A stretch of 64,000 nucleotides of DNA from Leptospira sp. (GTDB taxonomy: Bacteria > Spirochaetota > Leptospiria > Leptospirales > Leptospiraceae), in the NCBI GenBank assembly GCA_034439575.1, contig JAWXAQ010000035.1, positions 32,001 through 96,000 of the forward strand. The letters run 5' to 3'. A program made the translations under genes and the position numbers. The notes beneath the pieces are model-generated. The model was not told the origin of the DNA and did no database searches. It was given only the letters and a program-made list of their open reading frames with translations. Of this stretch, positions 38,164 to 48,433 are shown piece by piece; position 1 is the first letter of the stretch; each line of letters opens with the position of its first letter.

Positions 38164-39300
38164 CTAAAACGCAGTCATGATAAAAATCAAAAAAGCGATC
38201 AGAATCAAAGCCACAAAGGCACCGATCAAAGAGTAAAGATTTCCATTTCCTTTGGGAACTTCTGGAAGTTTTTTCTTTGGAATGGCCACAGTTGATTTAT
38301 CACCTGAATTATTTGATGCAGTCGCAGGTTTAGGTACTGCCACTTTAACAGGACTTTCTTCGATGGAATGCAACAAATACTGATTAGGTCCCTCAGCGAA
38401 AAGATGGTATTCATTTTTTGCAGAAGCGATTCCACGAAATTTTCCGACGATAGGTTCTTTTGAAATTTTTCCTTCATCATCAAGAGCACCCAACAAACCT
38501 GCATTCGTTGCCCCATCAGGAGTATCGGCCATAACTCTAAACAATATTTCTTGACCAACAACTAGATTATCAAAATCAACTCCACTGATAGGAGATATGA
38601 CTGTTTTCATCATGATTTCTTTAGGGTAACCTTGTCTCATTTGCTGGATCTGACGATCAACTGATGTGAGTTCTGCGGGTGATTTAGGCGTTGAGGATAC
38701 TTCCGGTTCTGGTGTCGACTCTTCTGGAGGTTTGACAATAGGAGAAATCGTACCTTTCATCGGATTTTCAAAACGAAATTTAGCACTAGAAATTTTATCT
38801 ACTTCTGCTTGAAGTTTTACTTTTCCAGCTTTGATGCCATTTAAGATAGCAGGTTCAAACATTTCAGGCAATCGTGAAGGATCTTTTTTTTCCCATAATG
38901 GTAAAAATTCGTCTAACTTCTCTTTGGTTAAAAGTTTGTAAACAATGCGTCCAACAGCTTCTGAAACGGCTTGGTCATATCCGTCTTCTGACTTTCCTAT
39001 ATCACTTAAATCTGTAGAAATTTGAACATGATCGGCAAATGGTCGAATGCGTCGAAAGATAGGTGAGTTTCCTATTACAGAATAAACTTCCATGATATGC
39101 TTTCGTATCGATGATGTTAGTATGAGTATAATTCCTGTTTTATTGTCCAGGTCGACTTTGATTTTGACTAGATAGGAATCTGTGATCTTGCCTTGCAAAA
39201 CTTCTTTTGCTTGTTCATCTGTGAAAACTGCATCCATGGTCAGGCCCAGGAGTTCAGCTTGACGTTTTAATAATTCCGATTTTGAATTTAACTCTGACAT
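38164..39300 (-). CDS. Hypothetical protein with C-terminal membrane anchor
   Basis: 378-aa ORF, C-terminal TM, coupled to the upstream gene. Confidence 0.75.
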   Translation of the reverse strand: MSELNSKSELLKRQAELLGLTMDAVFTDEQAKEVLQGKITDSYLVKIKVDLDNKTGIILILTSSIRKHIMEVYSVIGNSPIFRRIRPFADHVQISTDLSDIGKSEDGYDQAVSEAVGRIVYKLLTKEKLDEFLPLWEKKDPSRLPEMFEPAILNGIKAGKVKLQAEVDKISSAKFRFENPMKGTISPIVKPPEESTPEPEVSSTPKSPAELTSVDRQIQQMRQGYPKEIMMKTVISPISGVDFDNLVVGQEILFRVMADTPDGATNAGLLGALDDEGKISKEPIVGKFRGIASAKNEYHLFAEGPNQYLLHSIEESPVKVAVPKPATASNNSGDKSTVAIPKKKLPEVPKGNGNLYSLIGAFVALILIAFLIFIMTAF

Positions 39301-40010
39301 TAGTCTAAATGTAACTGCTCTTGATCTGATTTTGCAAGCGAAATCACTTGCAGAGGTACCTCAACTTTGGCAATAGTTTCCTGTTTCTTTTCTGAAGAAT
39401 AGATCGAAAAAAGCCTTCTATCAAATCCAGATTGAGAAAGTAGGATTTCAACCATAGTGATTCCCATGCCAGCACCTTCTGTATTATCTCCATGTTCCAT
39501 AAAGAACTCAAAAAGGTTGTCGTACTTTTTAGCATGCAAAAACTTTTCTTTAATCCTCACTGCTTCAATCGGTATCAAAGCAAAATTGTTTTTGATCTCA
39601 AGTTCTAATTTGTCATCTCGATAACTGCAGGTAATCTTTACGTGGTGTCCCACTTCTCTCATTGTTTTTTTATATGATGGAAATTTTCGTTCACTCAGAT
39701 TGTTTTTAAAATGCTTCATGCCCTTCTCATAATCCTCTTCATTGTGGATATTGAGTTTCAGCTCATCAAAAATGATCCGTTTGATAGCCGCTTTAGTGGA
39801 ATTGACGATCAATTCCTTAGCTGCCGTATAAAGCATTTCCATAAGGTCAAAGCGACCGACTTTATTTAGAATCGAGGAAAGAATGTATTTGAGTTTAGCT
39901 TCACCGATATCACCTAACACATAGGTAATCATGGAAACTTTTTTCCCTTCAGCAATAGCTTGGTCTACTGTCTTACAAAAACTAGGGTCAAGTGAGGTTT
40001 CCATTTCCAT
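39300..40010 (-). CDS. Stand-alone HATPase_c-like (histidine kinase-like ATPase) protein
   Basis: KELIVNS N-box, GAGMGI G-box. Confidence 0.7.
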   Translation of the reverse strand: MEMETSLDPSFCKTVDQAIAEGKKVSMITYVLGDIGEAKLKYILSSILNKVGRFDLMEMLYTAAKELIVNSTKAAIKRIIFDELKLNIHNEEDYEKGMKHFKNNLSERKFPSYKKTMREVGHHVKITCSYRDDKLELEIKNNFALIPIEAVRIKEKFLHAKKYDNLFEFFMEHGDNTEGAGMGITMVEILLSQSGFDRRLFSIYSSEKKQETIAKVEVPLQVISLAKSDQEQLHLD

Positions 40011-40060
40011 TCAAATAATTCGACTAGAAGAATTTGCCACAAGGAAATAGTTTTGTCTAC

Positions 40061-41413
40061 TTATTTATGGATACTTATACTTTTCCCTAACACTTTTAAA
40101 ACATCATCTATATTTGCAGGGCAAGGTGTAATGTGATTTTGGTACTTTGAATTTGTCCCCATAATTTTCCCTTCGTGGTAGTTTACTTTAAATTCTGTAA
40201 ACTTAAGCCCGTTTGCTGTCGAAATGACTACAGCAGTTTGTTTTTTCTGAATGGTGCCGTTTTCTATGCACTTAATTAACGCTGCTAAGGCTACACCTGT
40301 ATGTGGATCATTGTACAAGCCATAACGATCGCCGCGTGCCGCTGCATCAGACAATTCTTCTTCCGTCGCGACTTCAACTACTCCATCAAATTTTTTCAAA
40401 ATGCGAATCGCTTTTTTTACAGAAACTGGATCGCCAATTTGAATCGCCGAAGCCAATGTTTTTTGTGCAGTTACCGATTGAAAATTGTTAAAACCTGATT
40501 TAAAGGACTCATAAAGAGGGCTTGCATTTTTTGCCTGAGCTAACACAATCCTTGGTAATTTATTGATAAGACCAAGCTCTTTCATCATTTCAAAACCCAT
40601 TCCCAATGCGGAAACATTGCCCAAATTTCCTCCCGGAATGATCACCCAATCTGGGACTTCCCAACCTAACTGCTGTGTGATCTCAATGGAAATTGTTTTT
40701 TGGCCTTCGATTCGAAGTGAATTCATAGAATTCGCAAGGTAAATGGTTTTTTCTTTGGTCACTTCTTTTACGATCGCCATACATCCATCAAAATCTGTAT
40801 CGAGTGCAAGAACTGTAGATCCATTAGATACAGGTTGAATTAATTGTGCCGTAGAGACTTTGTTTGCTGGTAGAAAAATAATTGATGGAATGCCTGCTTT
40901 GGCAGCATAGGATGCGAGTGCCGCAGAAGTATCACCTGTCGAAGCACAGGCGACAGCCTTGATGGGAACACCATCTGCGATCATTTGTTTGACCTGACTT
41001 ACAAGCACAGTCATACCTAAGTCTTTAAATGAACCTGTGTGTGAGATCCCGCATTGTTTGATATAAAGCCCAGCGAGTCCTAAATCTTTGGCCCATCTGT
41101 CGGCATTGTAAAGGTGTGTCCCACCCTCTCCCGAAGTTACGATATTTTCATCTGCGATATTTGGGAGTACCCATTCTTTTTTTCCCCAAACACCGGACTG
41201 GTAGGGAAATTTTTGAGAACGAAATCGCGAATCAAATGTTTCTTTCCATTCTGTTGCCGAGATTTTTTTTAATTTGTCCAAATCGTGTTCGACAGAGAGT
41301 AATTCTCCTTCATTTTCACACGTATAAACGACTTCGCGAAGAGGGTAAGTTTTTCCGCAAGAGTCTAAAGTGCACCGAAAGTGCGCATCGAATTCATTTT
41401 TTGTAAGTGACAT
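40061..41413 (-). CDS. thrC: Threonine synthase
   Basis: HTGSFKDLG, CASTGDTS, PGGNLGN, STANGLKF; ATG 41413. Confidence 0.95.
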   Translation of the reverse strand: MSLTKNEFDAHFRCTLDSCGKTYPLREVVYTCENEGELLSVEHDLDKLKKISATEWKETFDSRFRSQKFPYQSGVWGKKEWVLPNIADENIVTSGEGGTHLYNADRWAKDLGLAGLYIKQCGISHTGSFKDLGMTVLVSQVKQMIADGVPIKAVACASTGDTSAALASYAAKAGIPSIIFLPANKVSTAQLIQPVSNGSTVLALDTDFDGCMAIVKEVTKEKTIYLANSMNSLRIEGQKTISIEITQQLGWEVPDWVIIPGGNLGNVSALGMGFEMMKELGLINKLPRIVLAQAKNASPLYESFKSGFNNFQSVTAQKTLASAIQIGDPVSVKKAIRILKKFDGVVEVATEEELSDAAARGDRYGLYNDPHTGVALAALIKCIENGTIQKKQTAVVISTANGLKFTEFKVNYHEGKIMGTNSKYQNHITPCPANIDDVLKVLGKSISIHK

Positions 41414-41507
41414 TGAATATCTCTTCCGATCTGGTTTATTTAACTTCCTTATCCACATTAATGAGGTAAGGAAAAATCTCGAATGATTTTTATTTAGTAA
41501 TCTATTT

Positions 41508-42107
41508 ATGACAGAAGAAAGAATACAAAAAACTTGGAAATCGAAGGTGAAACGTTACTTTCGTCGCACTGTATTCCTGATTATTTTCTTATGTTTTCTA
41601 TTATTTATTCGCATTTTTCTTTTTCAAATCTATGCAATTCAGGGAAATTCTATGTTCCCCACTCTTTCCAATGGTTCGATCGTATTTGTTTGGAAGGGGG
41701 GATTCGCCCTTTCTGCCAAATTGTTTGGCACAGAATGGCTCTATACCGAACCAAATATTCAAAAACTGGATCTGGTATTATTTCATGACCAAGCAGGCGA
41801 ACTTGTCGTTAAACGAGTCATTGGTTTGCCGAATGAATTCTATTCTATTGAAGGGGGACGAGTTGTCATTGATTCACAAATGCTTATCGAAAATTATATC
41901 GCCGATGGGAGTTTGACATTCGAACCAACTAACTCACTATTTTTGACTATCAAAAACACTCCTTTTCTTGCCATGAAAACACAAGGAAGAATTCCCCCGG
42001 GATATTACCTTTTGTTAGGTGACAATAGAGAATATTCCACAGATTCAAGAGCCTTTGGACTTGTTCCTGTCGAAAAGATAAAAGGAAAAGTATTCTATTA
42101 TTTTTAG
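41508..42107 (+). CDS. lepB: Signal peptidase I
   Basis: GNSMFPTL, VKRVIGLP, GDNR-x-STDSR-x-FG. Confidence 0.93.
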   Translation: MTEERIQKTWKSKVKRYFRRTVFLIIFLCFLLFIRIFLFQIYAIQGNSMFPTLSNGSIVFVWKGGFALSAKLFGTEWLYTEPNIQKLDLVLFHDQAGELVVKRVIGLPNEFYSIEGGRVVIDSQMLIENYIADGSLTFEPTNSLFLTIKNTPFLAMKTQGRIPPGYYLLLGDNREYSTDSRAFGLVPVEKIKGKVFYYF

Positions 42108-42110
42108 ATA

Positions 42111-43922
42111 ATGAACGAAAGTAAAAAGCGATTAAAATATATATTTTTATTCCTTTGCGGATTATTTTTCATATTGTATGTTAGAGTCATTTACCTTACA
42201 TATTTTAATGAAAGTATCATAAACTTAAAATCCACCAAACTCGTACAACGTGGAACCATCTTTGATAGACGAGGGATAGAATTAGCTCTTTCCCAAGAAT
42301 CAGGGACGATTGGTATCGAACCAAAAAACATTTATGATATAGAACTCACTGCTTCTGAATTAGCTCCTATCCTCGGATTAAAAAGTGAAAAACTTTTTAC
42401 AAGCATTAGTGAAAAAGAAAATTATTTTCTTTTAAAACGTGAGATAGAAATCAAAAAAGCAAATCAAATAAAAAGTTTAGCACTGCCTGGTGTTCGCGTA
42501 GAAAAAGAATTTCGTCGTATATATCCGCAAGGATCTCTCGCATCCAATTTAATTGGTTTTACTGGTTATGATGATGACAAAGCTCTTTCTGGATTAGAAA
42601 CTCTATACAATTTAGAATTATTAACTACGACTGACGCAAATTCTCAAAAAGGAAATAATCTCCACCTATCGATTGATAGTATCATTCAATACCGATTAGA
42701 AAAATCACTAGGCAAAGCATTTTTAGAAACTCAATCCAAACATGGCATTGGTATCATTATGGATGTAGATACTGGAAAAATTCTAGCTATGTCTTCATTC
42801 CCAAATTTTGACCCAAATCATTTTCAAGATTTTTCTATTGATTCACATACAAATTGGGGTATCCGTCATGTCTATGAACCTGGATCCACCATGAAAATTT
42901 TCATCGCACTAATGTTGTTAAACGAAGGTGCCATTTTACCGCATGAAAAATTCAATTGCCCTGGTTTTATTGAAGTCGGCAAAACAATCATTCGATGTAC
43001 CGACAAACATGGTCCAGTAGATTTAGAGGAAATATTGCAAGTATCGTGTAACGTTGGTATCATCAAAGCTACACAAAAAATTTCAGATCAAACATTTTAC
43101 CATTATTTGGAACAATTTCGTTTTGGAAAAAGAACCAATTTTTCACTCCACGAAGCAAGAGGTTATTTGACACCGCTTTCTAAATGGAACAAAAGTACGC
43201 CCTATTTTTTACCGATTGGACAAGGACTTTCAGTGACGCCGATCCAATTGATCACAGCCGCGGCAGCCGTTGTGAATGGAGGCATTCTATTTGAACCTTC
43301 CGCTGTTTCCCATATAACAAACTCATACGGCGAACTAGTTCATTCCTTTACTCCCAAAGGCGAAGCACTGGGAATTAAAAAAGGTGCCGCTTCGAAAACA
43401 TTGGAAGCCATGAGTAAAGCTGTTCGCTCCGGAACAGGTAAAAAAGCATACATAGAAAATTATTTTATCGCAGGTAAAACTGGTACAGCTCAAAAATCTA
43501 AAAGTGGAACAGGATACCAAGAAGGATTATTTACTGCTTCCTTTTTGGGATTTTTCCCTGCTGAAAAACCGAAGTATGTAGGTTTGATCTTATTTGATGA
43601 ACCAGGTGGCTCAGCTCATACTGGTGGCGGTATCGCCGCACCCGTGTTTCGTGAGGTGGTAGAAAGTATCATCCCCATCGTTGAAAAAAGTGAAAAACCA
43701 CAAACCTATACTCTCAAAATCAAAAAAGGAAAATCCTATATTTTAGATAAAAATAAAATGCCAACGATGATAGGCTTAAGTATCTCAGAATCAATCGACG
43801 TACTCAAAAAAATAAATCTGCCTTATCAAATCATTGGTTCTGGATTTGTCACAAAACAAGAACCATCTCCTGGCACATCAACTCAAAATGTATCAGAAAT
43901 AAAACTCATTCTAGAAAATTGA
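42111..43922 (+). CDS. Class B penicillin-binding protein (FtsI-like) with C-terminal PASTA
   Basis: EPGSTMK, SCN, KTGTAQ. Confidence 0.92.
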   Translation: MNESKKRLKYIFLFLCGLFFILYVRVIYLTYFNESIINLKSTKLVQRGTIFDRRGIELALSQESGTIGIEPKNIYDIELTASELAPILGLKSEKLFTSISEKENYFLLKREIEIKKANQIKSLALPGVRVEKEFRRIYPQGSLASNLIGFTGYDDDKALSGLETLYNLELLTTTDANSQKGNNLHLSIDSIIQYRLEKSLGKAFLETQSKHGIGIIMDVDTGKILAMSSFPNFDPNHFQDFSIDSHTNWGIRHVYEPGSTMKIFIALMLLNEGAILPHEKFNCPGFIEVGKTIIRCTDKHGPVDLEEILQVSCNVGIIKATQKISDQTFYHYLEQFRFGKRTNFSLHEARGYLTPLSKWNKSTPYFLPIGQGLSVTPIQLITAAAAVVNGGILFEPSAVSHITNSYGELVHSFTPKGEALGIKKGAASKTLEAMSKAVRSGTGKKAYIENYFIAGKTGTAQKSKSGTGYQEGLFTASFLGFFPAEKPKYVGLILFDEPGGSAHTGGGIAAPVFREVVESIIPIVEKSEKPQTYTLKIKKGKSYILDKNKMPTMIGLSISESIDVLKKINLPYQIIGSGFVTKQEPSPGTSTQNVSEIKLILEN

Positions 43923-43923
43923 T

Positions 43924-45783
43924 ATGAATGTGACTGAAAACTTTTTAGAAAATAATTTAGCATCTATACCAGAGTTTACTGCAAAGAGAATTCAGAATGC
44001 TAGTCCAATTGGTAGTTTACATACTACTAAAAGTGGTGTCACAACAATTGAAGTGGATGGGATATTTTTGCATAGCAAACACGATCCTGTCAAAGAAGCA
44101 GAAAGGTTTATCACGGAACTTCCATTTGATGGAAACAATAGGGTATATTTACTATTAGGTGCTGGTCTTGGTTATGTGATTCCAGGAATTTTAGAAAAAC
44201 CGAATGCACATGTTATATGGCTTGAACCAAATGTTTATTTAATTAAGAAAGCCTTCGAACTCTATGATTTTTCTGAAGCATTCAATACTGAAAAATTGCA
44301 AGTTCTCATAGATTATGAAAACGAAGAAATCCTTTTAAATTCTTTCAAAGGTAAAGCAACCTATCCAATCACATTTGTTCCACACAGAAGCAGTTTCCAT
44401 TGGAAGGAATCTGAATATGGGAAAATGAAACTCATTGCTGAACAACATTTCCATAAAAAAGATGTAAACCTAGCAACTCTTACACGGTTTGAAAAAATTT
44501 GGGCAAAGAATTTATGTTTTAACATAGCAGATCTGATTTCTATGGTACCCATTCAAAAATTATTTGGGATTGCAAAAGGAGGAAAGGTTCTAGTCGCAGG
44601 TGCAGGTCCTAGTTTATTTGAATCTGCACCCGAAATAAAAAAATATAGAGAACATTTTGTACTCATCGCAGTTGATACAGCCTTACCAATATTGCAACAT
44701 TTTAACATAGAGCCTGATTTAGTTTATTCTGTTGATCCGCAAGTTTTAAATAGCCAGTATTTAGAAAGTTATACGGGAAATGCGAATGTAGTTTTTGATC
44801 CGACTTCCACATACGTTAGTTTGCGTCTCAAAAATGGTCCAAAAAAAGGTTTTTTTACTTCATCACCTTTTCCATTGATAAAATTGATCGAAGAAATAGC
44901 TAAATTGGAAATAGGAAATGTTCCATTTGGAGGATCCGTTTCCACAAATGCAGCAAGTCTTGGAACTTTAATGGGTGCAGATACTACCTATCTTGTAGGA
45001 CAGGATTTAGCATTTACCAATGGTTATGCGCATTCTAAAGGAGCGATTATGGAAGAGAGGCTCAATTATAAAGAGTCTCGAAAATTCCGACGAGAATTGC
45101 ACAATTTCAAACAATTATTCGCATTAGATCCCAAACAAGTAAAAGGAAAGGATGGGGAAATTTATCATACGAATGAAAAAATGTTGATATTTAAAAAATG
45201 GTTCGAAAATCATGCATCCGAAAACAAATGGGTTAACCTAACTAAGTTTGGTGCAAAGCTTGAAAATATTCCAAATGCTACTTTTGAATCCGTTTTTAAA
45301 GAAAGTGACATTCAAAAATCGAATTTAATTCGAAATGAAATAATTCATATCATTCAAAACAAATCCAATTATTTAGATTCTAATATTCTAATAGATAAAT
45401 TAAATGAAACGATTCTAAAATTAAATGAATTTTTAGTTCCGGTTAGAAATGGTCTTCGTATCTCAGGGGCTTTATACCAACAAATAAGACAGAATCAAAT
45501 AGATCCAAATCGTTTTCAAAATGATCTTAAAGCTATGGATAAAATCGATGAAGTTGTTTCTTCAAAAAGGGGATTAAACGAGATATTAAGTCTCGGTATC
45601 CAAAGAACCATTTTGTCAATCACGGAAGGGTATAACGATCAATTAACGATTGATGAAAAACAAAATGAAAGATTGGGAATAGCAAAAAAATCAGTTTTGC
45701 TTTATGAAGGATTGTATGATTCTATCCAAGCGACAAAAAGAAACTTAAAACGAAGTCTTTATCGCTTGGAATTAGAAAGTTAA
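43924..45783 (+). CDS. Motility-associated factor (Maf/DUF115) glycosyltransferase-like protein
   Basis: LHSKHDPVKEA, GAGPSL, AVDTAL, GGSVS, GQDLAF. Confidence 0.85.
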   Translation: MNVTENFLENNLASIPEFTAKRIQNASPIGSLHTTKSGVTTIEVDGIFLHSKHDPVKEAERFITELPFDGNNRVYLLLGAGLGYVIPGILEKPNAHVIWLEPNVYLIKKAFELYDFSEAFNTEKLQVLIDYENEEILLNSFKGKATYPITFVPHRSSFHWKESEYGKMKLIAEQHFHKKDVNLATLTRFEKIWAKNLCFNIADLISMVPIQKLFGIAKGGKVLVAGAGPSLFESAPEIKKYREHFVLIAVDTALPILQHFNIEPDLVYSVDPQVLNSQYLESYTGNANVVFDPTSTYVSLRLKNGPKKGFFTSSPFPLIKLIEEIAKLEIGNVPFGGSVSTNAASLGTLMGADTTYLVGQDLAFTNGYAHSKGAIMEERLNYKESRKFRRELHNFKQLFALDPKQVKGKDGEIYHTNEKMLIFKKWFENHASENKWVNLTKFGAKLENIPNATFESVFKESDIQKSNLIRNEIIHIIQNKSNYLDSNILIDKLNETILKLNEFLVPVRNGLRISGALYQQIRQNQIDPNRFQNDLKAMDKIDEVVSSKRGLNEILSLGIQRTILSITEGYNDQLTIDEKQNERLGIAKKSVLLYEGLYDSIQATKRNLKRSLYRLELES

Positions 45784-46910
45784 GGTTTCCCTGAAGAAGA
45801 ATTATCCTGCACGGAGAGGACGCTAAAATCTACTCTTCTATTTTTAATTCTGCCTTGTTCTGTATAATTCGTATCAATACTTGTAGTTTCACCAAACCCG
45901 CGCACATCCAATTGAGAACTATTTACACCTAATTTAATGAGCTCATCGCGGATCAATTTCGCTCTCTCTTCTGAAAGAATTTTGTTTTCATCCAATTCAC
46001 CAATAAAACAAGTGTGTCCTTTAATTCTTGTTCGTATTTGAGGGTATTTTTTAAGAGCCTCTGCAAGAGTAGCAATTTGATCCGAAGAACCAGGTTGAGT
46101 ATTCAATGTCTGTTTAACAAATCCTATGCTAAGATCGTTAATATAACGAATAGCTTCTGAACGTCTTTCAAACTTTATTTTTACATTTCCAGTTCCAATT
46201 TCAGTATGAGGTAATAATAGTTCTCTATTGTTTTCTTTTACCGAATTCGTTGATGACTCAACTTTATTCTTATTATTTACGTTATCTTTTTTTGTAACAT
46301 CACTAGATCCGCTTCGGCAAGAACGAACGATAAAAAACAAACATATAACAAGAATTATAAAAATTCCAATGAACACATAACGTAGATACAATGATTTCTC
46401 TGGCTTTTTACCGTATCGATTTAATTCTACAAGTTCATTATATTCAGGCGTAGGCTCAATTTCTTCTTCCTCTGCTGTATCATAGACATGAAAAAAGGAA
46501 TCTGAATTCTCTTCCGATTCGATTTTTGTTAGTGATGAACTTTTTGCTTTTTTGGGAGATTTGGAATTTGATTTGGATGATTTTTTTGCTGGAGTAGCTG
46601 AGTTTTTTGCAGCCCACTTTCGGATTTCTGTTCTTAAATACTCATCAGCATCGGACGCAAAATTGAAATTATCACGTATATATTTTAAAGTTCGTTTTTC
46701 TATATCTGTATAATCGCCGCCATCAACAATAGCAACAAACAAGCTTTTGGCGATATTTTTATTTAAGGGAGCCTTCGATCGTTTGGATGCCTTTTCGACA
46801 ATTTCCAATAACTCTCGATCATACTGTTTACCTTTGATGGTTCGATAATAACTATCAGCCACTTTGCTACCCCTATGTAGAGTATCGACCAATGGAGTTC
46901 TGAAATCCAA
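45780..46910 (-). CDS. Membrane-anchored OmpA-family peptidoglycan-binding protein (start may be GTG 46862)
   Basis: Central TM; IKGHT...NKILSEERA...GFGE...NRRVD. Confidence 0.85.
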   Translation of the reverse strand: MDFRTPLVDTLHRGSKVADSYYRTIKGKQYDRELLEIVEKASKRSKAPLNKNIAKSLFVAIVDGGDYTDIEKRTLKYIRDNFNFASDADEYLRTEIRKWAAKNSATPAKKSSKSNSKSPKKAKSSSLTKIESEENSDSFFHVYDTAEEEEIEPTPEYNELVELNRYGKKPEKSLYLRYVFIGIFIILVICLFFIVRSCRSGSSDVTKKDNVNNKNKVESSTNSVKENNRELLLPHTEIGTGNVKIKFERRSEAIRYINDLSIGFVKQTLNTQPGSSDQIATLAEALKKYPQIRTRIKGHTCFIGELDENKILSEERAKLIRDELIKLGVNSSQLDVRGFGETTSIDTNYTEQGRIKNRRVDFSVLSVQDNSSSGKP

Positions 46911-46933
46911 CCTTTTTCGACCTTTTAGGGGCC

Positions 46934-48433
46934 TTAGGCATTGTATCCCAATAGAAATTGATTATTTTTGATCTTATATTGCAATGCGCCCCGACTAATT
47001 CCCAATAATTTCGCCGCTTCTTCTTGCGTACTGACTCTCTGAAAAGCCTCTTTGATCCAAACTGCTTCTAACCTTTCCGTTGCAATCTTTAAAGACAAAT
47101 TCTCACTAGGCGACAAAATATCGGAAGGCATACTGTGAATCGGTAATGGACTCGTTAGCTCATTGGAATTTATATCTTCTATTTTAACTTGTGAAAATGA
47201 ATTTGGACCGATTTCTATTTCCGCAGAAACCAAAACTGCATATTGAATCGCATTTTGTAATTCGCGCACATTCGCAGGCCATGTCATGGTTGTTAAAGCA
47301 CGAAGTGCCTCGTTCTTGAAAGTTTTATTTCTCCCATACTGTCGGTTATATATGTGAAGAATATGATGTGCCAGCAAAGGTATATCGCCTCGTCTTTCTC
47401 GCAGAGGAGGAACACGCAATGTTACTTCCGCCAATTTATAATACAAATCCATTAAAAATTTTTGATTCTGAATTTCATCAAGTAAGTCACGTTTGCTTCC
47501 CGTAAAAATTCTTAGACTAAGTATCTCTTCTTCTTTTTGTGGATTTGGTATTTTTTGATCTCGCAAAACTAAGAATAGGCGATCTTGCAATACTAAAGGT
47601 AAATCACCAATTGATTCTATATATATGGAACCGCCGTTTGCTTGTTCCAATTTGCCAGGGTTAAAAATTTTACCGGTGTATGAGCCAAAAAGTTCAGCTT
47701 CCAATAATTCGTGACTAAGACCCGAACAATCTACAGTTAAAAATGGTTTATTCTTTCTTTGAGAGACAAAGTGAAGTGATTTCGAAACCATTTTTTTGCC
47801 CACACCTTCTTCGCCAATGATCATCACAGAAGTATCAGCAGGACCGACTTGTCTGATTCGATTTTTTAAAAATAAAATTAATGGATCATAACCTAAAATT
47901 TCTTCAACAGGGTCTTCTTCCCTTTTCGATTTTTCTACCGCTTCCTTTGCAATACGTTCTTCAAGTATAACGATAGTTAACTGAGACGCAAACAAGTTTG
48001 CTTGATTGATAATATCGGGTTCAAAAAAATTAACCTTATCCGATTCTAAATTAAGTACACCTATAGTTGTATCTCTAGTTAATAAAGGAATCGCTAATTC
48101 TGAACGCACAGATTCAATTAGCTTTATATAACTGGAATCTTTTAAAACATCAGGAACATATATAATTTCTCTTGAAGATGCGGCGAGTCCTGTCACACCT
48201 AATGTGAATGGTAGTTTGGCGGCAATTTTTTTCTCCCAAGCCATACCCTTAGCTGCTACAATTGTAAGTACATGTTCCTCTTGGTCGGCGATAGATATAC
48301 TTCCAGTTGTTGCACCAAACAATGAAAGAGTGGCTTCCAAAATAAAATTTAGACGATCTGTGATATTCGGGAGATGTTGTATCTCTTTTTGAATTTTTCT
48401 GATCGTACTAGAAATATCTTGTGGTTTTGCCAT
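46934..48433 (-). CDS. GAF + sigma54-activator-like AAA+ + Fis HTH regulator (degenerate)
   Basis: GAF, GEEGVGK, LEAELFG, PPLRERRGDI, WPANVREL, AAKLLGISR. Confidence 0.88.
   Translation of the reverse strand: MAKPQDISSTIRKIQKEIQHLPNITDRLNFILEATLSLFGATTGSISIADQEEHVLTIVAAKGMAWEKKIAAKLPFTLGVTGLAASSREIIYVPDVLKDSSYIKLIESVRSELAIPLLTRDTTIGVLNLESDKVNFFEPDIINQANLFASQLTIVILEERIAKEAVEKSKREEDPVEEILGYDPLILFLKNRIRQVGPADTSVMIIGEEGVGKKMVSKSLHFVSQRKNKPFLTVDCSGLSHELLEAELFGSYTGKIFNPGKLEQANGGSIYIESIGDLPLVLQDRLFLVLRDQKIPNPQKEEEILSLRIFTGSKRDLLDEIQNQKFLMDLYYKLAEVTLRVPPLRERRGDIPLLAHHILHIYNRQYGRNKTFKNEALRALTTMTWPANVRELQNAIQYAVLVSAEIEIGPNSFSQVKIEDINSNELTSPLPIHSMPSDILSPSENLSLKIATERLEAVWIKEAFQRVSTQEEAAKLLGISRGALQYKIKNNQFLLGYNA

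Noticed and set aside
41449-41457. Perfect DnaA box TTATCCACA between thrC and lepB
   Set aside because: Single occurrence; roughly one is expected by chance in an AT-rich 64-kb window
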